From positions 39,797 to 79,796 of the forward strand of contig NZ_CAAGSW010000001.1 of the NCBI RefSeq assembly GCF_900774055.1: a DNA stretch of 40,000 bases, read 5' to 3'. The notes beneath the pieces were generated by a model. The model was not told the DNA's origin. It searched no databases and saw only the letters and a list, made by a program, of their open reading frames with translations. Made by a program: the position numbers and the translations under genes. This DNA is from Methanococcoides sp. AM1. GTDB lineage: Archaea; Halobacteriota; Methanosarcinia; Methanosarcinales; Methanosarcinaceae. Shown here one piece after another: positions 27,307 through 34,991 of the stretch (within the stretch, counting starts at the first letter, position 1; every line of letters begins with the position of its first letter).

Positions 27307-28206
27307 TCAATCAACTCCTGGGAAATCTGGTTCTTGTGAAACAATGCCTAGGTTTTTCCTTGCCCGATGCTTAATTTTCTGGATTACCTCAGCGTTTTTG
27401 GTCTTGCCTTCTTTTTTCAACTTTAATTCATGATTAAAGAGTTCCGTTCTATGATTTTCAATCACATTTGAAGTAAATGGAGTTTCATATTCATCTTCTA
27501 CAGTAGAAAGGTCTTCTAATTCTATAGAATCTTTAATTAGTTGATCAACAACATCTTTATCATTAGACCAACCAAGTAAAGCAATAATGTATCCTCTTAA
27601 TGATTTTCTCCTGTTTGGAGACAAAGGGTATCTACCTAATAAATGCTTCAAAACACTCAAATATTCATCTTCATTTGCTGGTTTTATTCTCTTTTTAATA
27701 ACATGATTATACAGAATTATGAGAATTCTATAGACCAGTTCTTCATCTTTTTCATCTAGATTTTTCGCAATGATGTTTAATTGAATAGGGTCCAGAACAT
27801 AAACATGCTCATAACTAAAAATTTCTGCTACGACTGAATGTTTGTCATCAATAGTTCCTTTTTCAAGAATTTTAAAGATATCATCTAAGTGTTTTTTAAT
27901 ATCAGATGTTTGTTTTAAAATGAGATATGTGGCCCTAGCATCTGTTTCTTTAATTCCAAATTTAGCAAAGTTTTCAGGTTTTACAATTTTTAAGATTCCA
28001 AGATCAGCCATCTTGTCAATTTTTCGGTTGATGCTTTTCTCACTATATCCTCTTTCTTGTTTGTGTTTTTCCGTGAGATAATCTATGAGTTTTCTTCTCC
28101 TGATTGGGCCAGTTTTTTGGATGATTGATTTTACTTCTGAGTCAAAATCATACTTAATACTCTCATTATCATACCTATATAGAAAGGAATCTGATGACAA
28201 ACTCAT
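27307..28206 (-). CDS. Winged-helix DNA-binding protein, casposon-encoded
   Basis: wHTH-like N-terminus (IRRRKLIDYLTEKHKQERGYSEKSINRKIDKMADLGILKIV) followed by a helical repeat region. Its stop lies 2 nt before the cas1 ATG. The start is ambiguous (28206, 28248 or TTG 28269). Confidence 0.6.
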   Translation of the reverse strand: MSLSSDSFLYRYDNESIKYDFDSEVKSIIQKTGPIRRRKLIDYLTEKHKQERGYSEKSINRKIDKMADLGILKIVKPENFAKFGIKETDARATYLILKQTSDIKKHLDDIFKILEKGTIDDKHSVVAEIFSYEHVYVLDPIQLNIIAKNLDEKDEELVYRILIILYNHVIKKRIKPANEDEYLSVLKHLLGRYPLSPNRRKSLRGYIIALLGWSNDKDVVDQLIKDSIELEDLSTVEDEYETPFTSNVIENHRTELFNHELKLKKEGKTKNAEVIQKIKHRARKNLGIVSQEPDFPGVD

Positions 28207-28237
28207 ACTCAAATTTATACTCAAATTGGTATATAAT
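28205..28237 (+). promoter_or_regulatory. Putative operator plus TATA box of the RHH-orf213-HNH-polB operon
   Basis: A perfect 11-nt tandem direct repeat atactcaaatt (28205-28215 and 28217-28227) is followed by tatataat (28230-28237), about 32-39 nt upstream of the RHH ATG at 28269. Confidence 0.4.
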
Positions 28238-28268
28238 CTTTCCGACATTTGTTGCTTTTGTGAGAACA

Positions 28269-28406
28269 ATGAATTCTACCAGAATTATTGCAACACTATC
28301 TCCTTATCTCAAGGAGAAACTGGAAAAGCTGTCAGACAAACTAGGATGCTCTCAGGCTGAAGTGGTCAGAGTAGCATTACTGAAATTAGCCGAGGAAGAG
28401 CTATGA
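28269..28406 (+). CDS. Ribbon-helix-helix (CopG/Arc-like) DNA-binding protein
   Basis: The internal ATG at 28269 gives MNSTRIIATLSPYLKEKLEKLSDKLGCSQAEVVRVALLKLAEEEL, a beta-strand/helix/helix pattern typical of RHH proteins. ATGA overlap with the next gene. Confidence 0.6.
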   Translation: MNSTRIIATLSPYLKEKLEKLSDKLGCSQAEVVRVALLKLAEEEL

Positions 28407-29044
28407 CCAGAAGACGGTTCTCTGAGAAGTTCAGGACCTATGGAGAATGGCTCAAAGCAGAATCCCGGGATTCAAGATATGCAAAACGAATAATTCGTTT
28501 TCATGAACGTTTTCCAAACCTCATCCTTAAAGAGTTGAGGGATGTCAGGCTCAAAGACCAAGATCTAAGCACTCGCTCCTGGGACAGTCTATCATCTCAG
28601 GAAAAGAGGGACAGACAACTTTCTCTTCAAATATTAAGAGAAATAAGAACTGGTAGCCACCTTAGCCGTGTAACGGAAAAGCTTGGAGTCAAAAAGGATT
28701 TTGCTGTAAAACATCTCGGGAAATACCTCTACAAATCAGGAGGAAAGTGGAAGGTTACAGCCTCAGACAGAATTGAGGTTGAGATGCTTTTCTATGAGAG
28801 GGGAGAGGGTCAGAGAACGATCATTACAGCTAGCTCGAAGGATCGGTCCTTGATTGGTCAGTACTTTGCTCTTGTACAAAAGGCACTGAGATACAATGAC
28901 CCTACAGTTCTTGACAAGTTCAAGGATAGAACAATTGTGGATGCTGAAGGCAATGTACACCATTTTGAGACGGATCTTGATAGGTTGTATGAAATAATGG
29001 AAGCTCAGGAAGAGCCTGAGTTTTTAGAGATATATCAAAACTGA
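28403..29044 (+). CDS. Hypothetical casposon protein (possible HTH)
   Basis: 213-aa ORF translationally coupled to the RHH gene upstream and placed 3 nt before the HNH gene. No catalytic motif is recognised. Confidence 0.55.
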   Translation: MTRRRFSEKFRTYGEWLKAESRDSRYAKRIIRFHERFPNLILKELRDVRLKDQDLSTRSWDSLSSQEKRDRQLSLQILREIRTGSHLSRVTEKLGVKKDFAVKHLGKYLYKSGGKWKVTASDRIEVEMLFYERGEGQRTIITASSKDRSLIGQYFALVQKALRYNDPTVLDKFKDRTIVDAEGNVHHFETDLDRLYEIMEAQEEPEFLEIYQN

Positions 29045-29047
29045 GGA

Positions 29048-29389
29048 GTGGATACTTTGAAAAAAGAAGACTATGCGAACTATATTAGAAGGAACAAGAA
29101 AGGAAAGAAGCCACCTATTGCTTGTGCTATATGTGGAGAGGATGATAAAAGCGTTATTGAACGACATCATGTTGATGGGAGGAATAATTCAGAATGGATT
29201 AAACCTCTTTGTAAAAACTGTCATACAAAGATAACAGCAGAGCAGAACAAACTCAGCCCTAAAGCAAGATCCAAAGATGCAACTCTGCAAAATCTGAAAG
29301 CCTTTAACATAATCTCACTTGGGGCTTTGCTCAGGTTAATTGGTGAACGATTGATCAATATTGGTATGGGGATGACTGTACATGTCTAA
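29048..29389 (+). CDS. HNH endonuclease
   Basis: CAICGEDD...ERHHVDGRNNSEW..PLCKNCHTKIT gives a CxxC...HH...N...CxxCH HNH zinc-finger core. GTG start. It overlaps polB by 8 nt. Confidence 0.8.
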   Translation: MDTLKKEDYANYIRRNKKGKKPPIACAICGEDDKSVIERHHVDGRNNSEWIKPLCKNCHTKITAEQNKLSPKARSKDATLQNLKAFNIISLGALLRLIGERLINIGMGMTVHV

Positions 29390-32054
29390 GATAGCTGCAA
29401 GGGCTTTCACCCAAAAGTGTAATCCCACCACGAAAAACTACCCTCAAAGAAAAGATCCTCCTTTGAGATATGACAGAGTACTGGTATTTGATACTGAAAC
29501 AACAACTGATCAGTACCAAAACATGAAGATTGGTCATTTTGAAATATTCCAGGATGGATATACTCAGCATGAAGGGTTATTCTATGACTCTTCAAAGTTA
29601 GACGATAGTGAGAACAAGGTTATAGAGGAATATTCCAAAAATCAGAAACTTGCACTTTATACCTTAGAGGGATTTGTAGATGAAGTATTCTATCCAGAGA
29701 CATTCAATCTTGGTACGCTATGTGTTGGTTTCAATCTTGCTTTTGATATTATTAGAATAGCAAAGAGATCGGGTGATTCAAAGAAAGGGAATAAGGGTGG
29801 TTTCACTCTTACCTTGTCAGATAATCCATTCAATCCTCCTATAATCATTCGTAAGATGGGAGAATCCAACACTTACAAGTTCTCCACAACGAAACAAAAC
29901 AAAGGTGAAGAATACTTTTCGGGTCATTTCCTTGATGCTCAAACCCTTGGTGAAGTTCTCCTGCAAAAGAAGCATATCTCACTTGAGAAAGCTTGTGAGC
30001 TGCTTGACACAAAACACAAGAAAATAAAGGATATAGACCATGGTACTGTTACTAAAGAGTATATCGACTACATGATTATGGATGTTAAGACCACTTATGA
30101 TGTTTATAGGGAATTGCTTGATGAACTGGATTTATATCAGATAGATATTCCTTTAACAAAGATCTTCAGTGCAGCATCTCTCGGAAAACATGCTCTTAAG
30201 CAGTTGGGAGTTCAACCATTTCATAAACAAAACCCTCTCTTCCTGCCTGATATACTAGGTAATATCATGACTGCTTACTTTGGAGGTAGGTGCGAGTGCA
30301 TGTTCAGGAAACAGCCAAAAAAGGTCACAGTCCTTGATTTTACTAGCATGTATCCAACTGTTACAATGGTTCTTGACCTTTGGAAATTCATCATTGCCGA
30401 AAAGTTACAAAAGGAAGATGCAACCAGTGAGATCAAAGAACTGCTCTCAAAAGTGTCCCTTGAGTACTTGCAGAATAAGGAAAATTGGGAAGACTTTGTA
30501 GCAATGGTCAAAATAATTCCTGACGAAGATATACTGCCTGTGAGAATGGACTATAAGGGAAAGAAATCAACCTTGAATGTAGGACTTAACTATCTTTCGT
30601 CCAAGTCTCCCATGTGGTTTTCCTTGCCTGATGTAATCAGTTCTGTGCTCTTAACAGGGAAAGTCCCGGAGATCATTGAAGCGATCCGTTTTGTTCCTTC
30701 AGGTGTGCAGGATAGTCTTGTGGAATCATCAATTCTTGGTATTAATCTTGATCCCAGGAAAGACAATCTTATTCAGACATTTGTTGAAGAGAGGCAGAAG
30801 ATCAAAACAAGAATGAAGAGCTTGAATAGAGGCACATCAGAGTATCGTCATCTATCAAGTCAGGCTCAGGCTATAAAGATCCTTGTTAATGCCATGAGTT
30901 ATGGAATTTTCATTGAACTGAACCCCGAGGATAAGAAGAGTGATATTGAAGTCTATGGCCTTGATAGCTTTGATACGTCTGAGAATAGGTATGAGAAAGC
31001 CGGGAAGTACTTTCATCCACTGCTGGCAGTGATGATTACTTCTGGCTCACGCCTGTTTTTATCCATGGCTGAAGCCAAAGTAAAGGACCTTGGCTCGGCT
31101 CATGCTTACATGGATACTGATTCTGTGTTTGTCCCACCTGAGCACGCTCAGGAGATCATAGATTATTTCCAACCACTAAACCCTTATGATCTTGATATCT
31201 CTTTACTGAAGCCTGAAAAAGATGATATGTGGTTCTATGGGATATGTTCCAAAAGATATGCTCTTTACAACAAAGAAGGAGATAATTTCAGCTTCTATGA
31301 GCATGAGAGATCCTATAAGTTACATGGTTTAGGTCATTTGACCAATCCCTTTCCTAATAGCGATAAAGACTGGCATGCTGATGTCTGGCTGGATATTCTT
31401 CGCTTACATTATGGAATCATAAAGCCAATTGATATTGAAGAAAAATACTCTTCACTCTTTGCTGTTTCAAGGCTCACAGTTAGTACAGCTAATGTGCTGA
31501 AGAGGTTTAAAACGATTAATGACGGCCAGCCATGGTCCAAGCAGATAAAGCCTTTCAACTTCTGCAATGTCGGCTTTCAGACCATTAAAGATGATGGGAA
31601 ACCAATCAAACCATTAGCTCCTTTCTCCAAAGATCCACAGAAAATAGTCTATGAGCCATTTTTAGACTACAATACGGGTGAGATCAAGCAGGGAATGGAA
31701 TATTTCAAAACTCTGAGTAGGACAATTTTGGAGTATGCAAATCATCCTGAGTACAAGTATGAAGGAGATATTGGACAGATGAAACGCAGGCATATCCACG
31801 CGGATAGTATCGTTCTCATTGGCAAGGAGGCTAACAATATTGATGATCAAGCCTTGGATATAGGACAAGCTCAGGTCTTTATCAACAAGCAGGATATCAT
31901 GGACAAAATAATGCAATTGGATGCAGAAATGGGTAGGAAGGTTGGTATTGCTTACAGAGGTACTCTGAAAAGGATACAGGACAAAATAAAGCTAACAGGG
32001 GACATAAACCTTAATACAAATTTTATGAAAGAACTTGTGGATAAGCTCATTTGA
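29382..32054 (+). CDS. polB: Family B DNA polymerase, protein-primed type (pPolB)
   Basis: Exo I (VLVFDTETTT), Exo II (GFNLAFDIIRI), Exo III (YIDYMIMDVKTTYDVY), motif A (LDFTSMYPTV), motif B (KILVNAMSYGIF) and motif C (YMDTDSVF), all in canonical order. Confidence 0.92.
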   Translation: MSKIAARAFTQKCNPTTKNYPQRKDPPLRYDRVLVFDTETTTDQYQNMKIGHFEIFQDGYTQHEGLFYDSSKLDDSENKVIEEYSKNQKLALYTLEGFVDEVFYPETFNLGTLCVGFNLAFDIIRIAKRSGDSKKGNKGGFTLTLSDNPFNPPIIIRKMGESNTYKFSTTKQNKGEEYFSGHFLDAQTLGEVLLQKKHISLEKACELLDTKHKKIKDIDHGTVTKEYIDYMIMDVKTTYDVYRELLDELDLYQIDIPLTKIFSAASLGKHALKQLGVQPFHKQNPLFLPDILGNIMTAYFGGRCECMFRKQPKKVTVLDFTSMYPTVTMVLDLWKFIIAEKLQKEDATSEIKELLSKVSLEYLQNKENWEDFVAMVKIIPDEDILPVRMDYKGKKSTLNVGLNYLSSKSPMWFSLPDVISSVLLTGKVPEIIEAIRFVPSGVQDSLVESSILGINLDPRKDNLIQTFVEERQKIKTRMKSLNRGTSEYRHLSSQAQAIKILVNAMSYGIFIELNPEDKKSDIEVYGLDSFDTSENRYEKAGKYFHPLLAVMITSGSRLFLSMAEAKVKDLGSAHAYMDTDSVFVPPEHAQEIIDYFQPLNPYDLDISLLKPEKDDMWFYGICSKRYALYNKEGDNFSFYEHERSYKLHGLGHLTNPFPNSDKDWHADVWLDILRLHYGIIKPIDIEEKYSSLFAVSRLTVSTANVLKRFKTINDGQPWSKQIKPFNFCNVGFQTIKDDGKPIKPLAPFSKDPQKIVYEPFLDYNTGEIKQGMEYFKTLSRTILEYANHPEYKYEGDIGQMKRRHIHADSIVLIGKEANNIDDQALDIGQAQVFINKQDIMDKIMQLDAEMGRKVGIAYRGTLKRIQDKIKLTGDINLNTNFMKELVDKLI

Positions 32055-32058
32055 GAGC

Positions 32059-32907
32059 TTATTCCTCTTTTTCTTTTTGTCTTACAATCTCATCAAGTGT
32101 TTTGTCGTCTTTATTTTTCCATTCTCTCCAGCCATTTGCCGTTCTAGCTAATACAACGGAAGCGGCCAGAGATGGTGAAGAAAATGTGAAATTTTCCTGA
32201 AAAACATAAACACCATTTTCTTCTTTTAGTATCCCTTTATCTAGAAGGTTTATCCTGAAAGATTTTATTCTTTCTTTAATGGATGGAGTTTCTTTAATGT
32301 TTGATTTTGAGTCTTTATTGACAACAAAACCTTCTTCAGTATATTCACCTACTGCATCGGCCTCTTTGCTTTTACAGTAGTACATATTTTTCTTGCTCCT
32401 CTTTGATTGCTCAAAAATAGGATAGCCAAGAGTAGTCATGATTATTTTTAAGTCCTCAAAAATACGCAAAACAAAGTCTCGATCCTGATTTGTTAAAGAT
32501 GATTGAGTGGGATTGTTACTGTTTTCAAGAGTACATTTGTTAACCTTTTTTGCTTCATTGCAGGCATGGTTTTCAAGGTACTTGATATGAGCTTTGTTCA
32601 AATTGTTCTTTTCAGAAACAAAGCATATAGCTTGGTTCCAGAAGTCTTTCTCCTTGTTATGTTTATTAAGCCGAGTTAACAATACCTCAGATTCTCCAAC
32701 ATAAATACTCGGCTTTCCAACTTCGTCTTTTTCGCCTATTAGGAAATAAACACCCGGCTGAGTAAGCTCTGGATTTTGTGATGCATCACTCAATTTTGCC
32801 CTCGGAATTGAAACCGCTTTGACAATAGAATCTAAAAAATCACATATCTTAATGCTTTGGGGATTGGCATCTGGCAGGTAAATTGAAATTGTTCTTCCTA
32901 TTGTCAT
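32059..32907 (-). CDS. GIY-YIG nuclease-domain protein with a DUF4357-like C-terminal domain
   Basis: N-terminal GIY-YIG pattern (PGVYFLIG...PSIYVGESEVLLTRLNKH) and a C-terminal F.SPS.AA..V..R..NGW..WK motif (FSSPSLAASVVLARTANGWREWK), as in DUF4357 proteins commonly embedded in R-M loci. Confidence 0.72.
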   Translation of the reverse strand: MTIGRTISIYLPDANPQSIKICDFLDSIVKAVSIPRAKLSDASQNPELTQPGVYFLIGEKDEVGKPSIYVGESEVLLTRLNKHNKEKDFWNQAICFVSEKNNLNKAHIKYLENHACNEAKKVNKCTLENSNNPTQSSLTNQDRDFVLRIFEDLKIIMTTLGYPIFEQSKRSKKNMYYCKSKEADAVGEYTEEGFVVNKDSKSNIKETPSIKERIKSFRINLLDKGILKEENGVYVFQENFTFSSPSLAASVVLARTANGWREWKNKDDKTLDEIVRQKEKEE

Positions 32908-32955
32908 GAATTAAAATTCCTTTCCTAGAATTATTTTTGAACTATTAACTGGACA

Positions 32956-33801
32956 TTAAAAATGTTTTGCAAGTTGCTTTAGTAAATCTTTGTAAATGAC
33001 TAATACTCTATCATAATCATCTGACGAAATCCAACTATTATGTGCAACATGGTTTCTTGAAACTGCACTATGTTCTATCCATGTTTCTATATGGCTTAGT
33101 TTAGTAAAATAAGCATCAAACAAATCAGTCCAATTCCGTTCAATAATTTTATAAAGATCGTTTATGTCAACATAGAATAGGTCTTTATCGCCTCTTACAG
33201 AATGAAACGGTGTCTTTTCTCCATTTGCAATTCTGGTTTTCACTCTATTTCTTACTGGTCTTGGTATATCGAGATGATTCCAATAATCATCTCCATATTT
33301 ATCTTTTGATACATTATCAATGAATGTTCTAAGAGTGTTTTCAAAGCAATAAATCAACAAATAAGCTTCTGTCATCTTCTTTCCATTTTCTAAAACATCA
33401 GTTGGAATTAATTTTTTGATAGTTGCATCATTAATTGCGTCCATTTGAAGATCATTAATCATTGCTTCAACGGGTTGCCTTTCTAAGATCTCTACATTGT
33501 GATTATCTTCATTAATCATTAAATTTAATGGTTTAAGTGTTTCATTTAAGAAATCTATCTTCGGCTCCCATGTATTATTATAATTTATTTCTAAAATCGT
33601 TTCAACAATATATTGTAATTCCTTTACATTAGATATATTATTTAACAAGAGGTATTTTATTTTTTCAGGTTTGTTTGGAAGTTGTTCCATGTCAGCATCC
33701 GAAAAATAAGTCTTCAAGGCAACTTCTACTTTTCTACGTCCTCCCACGTAAAAAACATTAGCAAACTTAGATATATTTTGTTCAATTTGAGATGAAATCA
33801 T
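32956..33801 (-). CDS. Swt1-like HEPN domain protein (putative RNase toxin / abortive-infection component)
   Basis: The C-terminal half follows the Swt1-type HEPN pattern: FENTLRTFI...GDDYW...FYVDINDLYKII..NW..F, ending with the Rx4H catalytic motif SRNHVAHN. Confidence 0.6.
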   Translation of the reverse strand: MISSQIEQNISKFANVFYVGGRRKVEVALKTYFSDADMEQLPNKPEKIKYLLLNNISNVKELQYIVETILEINYNNTWEPKIDFLNETLKPLNLMINEDNHNVEILERQPVEAMINDLQMDAINDATIKKLIPTDVLENGKKMTEAYLLIYCFENTLRTFIDNVSKDKYGDDYWNHLDIPRPVRNRVKTRIANGEKTPFHSVRGDKDLFYVDINDLYKIIERNWTDLFDAYFTKLSHIETWIEHSAVSRNHVAHNSWISSDDYDRVLVIYKDLLKQLAKHF

Positions 33802-33885
33802 GACTTTAGAAGTATTTTAATTGTATTAATATGTTTTGATTTGATATAAAATTATAAGACAATATTAAAATTAAATTTGGCCAAC

Positions 33886-33935
33886 ATTACTTTTTAAATT
33901 TCTGAGTATCTGTTTTCCAAGATACCTATTACCCC
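33886..33935 (-). repeat. Casposon right terminal inverted repeat (TIR-R)
   Basis: attactttttaaatttctgagtatctgttttccaagatacctattacccc. Its reverse complement matches TIR-L at 47/50 positions. Confidence 0.8.
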
Positions 33936-33947
33936 GCATAGAAAGTT
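33936..33947 (+). repeat. Target site duplication, right copy (gcatagaaagtt)
   Basis: Identical to 19118-19129. It is followed by ggggatatagggaaatcggg, which resembles the start of TIR-L. Confidence 0.65.
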
Positions 33948-34422
33948 GGGGATATAGGGAAATCGGGAAAGGCAACAAGCTACCTTCGTAAATATTTTTG
34001 TCACCGATGGATAGTACAGGAGCATGGTTTTCTTTTACTTTTACAAGCCAGAAATCATAATTAAACCCATAGGTATCACCGGCTACAATATAGTCACCGT
34101 CGGAAGTCTGCTGGACAGAATATGCATAATCATCGGAACCACTGTCAAAGGTCATATTCCAGTCCTCGGCACCGGTGGAATTTGTCTTGATAAGCCAGAA
34201 GTCAGAATCAACATCGTAATCAGTCCCACCGGCTATAATATAGCCGCCGTCGGAGGTCTGCTGGACAGACCATGCATGATCACTAAAACCACCATCAAAG
34301 GTCACATTCCAATCCTCAAAAACTTCCACAGTAGCTGGAGATGCAGCCCCTATGCTTGAAAGTATTAGCATTACAATAGTAACAAGCAACATATACTTAA
34401 CAATAAATTTATCATTTTCCAT
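33948..34422 (-). pseudogene. Truncated secreted repeat (surface) protein gene abutting the casposon
   Basis: Signal peptide (MENDKFIVKYMLLVTIVMLILSSIGAASP), then two copies of ..W..TFD.G..D.A.SVQQTSDG.YI.AG.T...D.WL.K. An Ig/PKD-type domain starts (NHAPVLSIGDKNIYEGSLLPF) and breaks off after ~20 aa. The track ORF (33871-34443) finishes by reading through the TSD and TIR-R. Confidence 0.5.
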
Positions 34423-34991
34423 GATATCACCATATAAACACATATTAAAAATTTAAGATGATGCCTAAGATATAGACATTGTATATAAATATTAGTATAT
34501 GTTAAGAAATTTGATAATTTGTATGATATGTTCACACGGATAACATTCATCTTTACCTGAACCCCAATAATTTTGTAAGCCACATAAATATGAATAAGAT
34601 AATGGCACATAGGCAGAGGCACAATACCAAATGCAGGCATCTATATTTGTGCCATAAAGAACTTTGGAAGAGTTTTATAGCACAGATGTGACCGATGAGG
34701 AAGGAATATGACACCTCGAAACAAAACGTGGTGTTGTAGAATAAAAGTAGAGCTTCCCAAAGAGAGCAACATAAAGAGATTATTTCCAAAATTGCAGGTT
34801 CTGAAGGCTCCGGCAAAAAAGCTAAACTTCCACTCTCACTTGATTAAGCTGCAGAGGAGCTTACCAGAACTTGAAAAAGAGAACGAACATGTGCATTCGC
34901 ATATCTACGAGCATACACATGTGAAAGTAAAGGATATTCTGCACTCATATAACCATCATACAAAAGGGCATGAGTGAGAAGTAAAACCCTA

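Larger units (their letters stand above)
19130..33935. mobile_element. Casposon (self-synthesizing Cas1-dependent transposon), family-2-like, 14.8 kb, with defence cargo
   Basis: 50-bp TIRs (47/50 identical), a flanking 12-bp direct duplication, a Cas1 homolog with no cas2 or CRISPR array, a protein-primed-type PolB, an HNH nuclease and RHH/wHTH proteins. The DNA is visibly AT-richer than the flanks: hand counts of single 60-nt lines gave 19/60 G+C at 19201 against 29/60 at 4081. Confidence 0.85.

Noticed and set aside
34708-34977. 89-aa His-rich ORF (..HVHSHIYEHTHVKV..HSYNHHTKGHE) between the surface-protein gene and thiI.
   Set aside because: It has no recognisable domain or convincing start context and sits in AT-rich intergenic DNA. 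It could be a small metal-binding protein, but the sequence alone does not support that.
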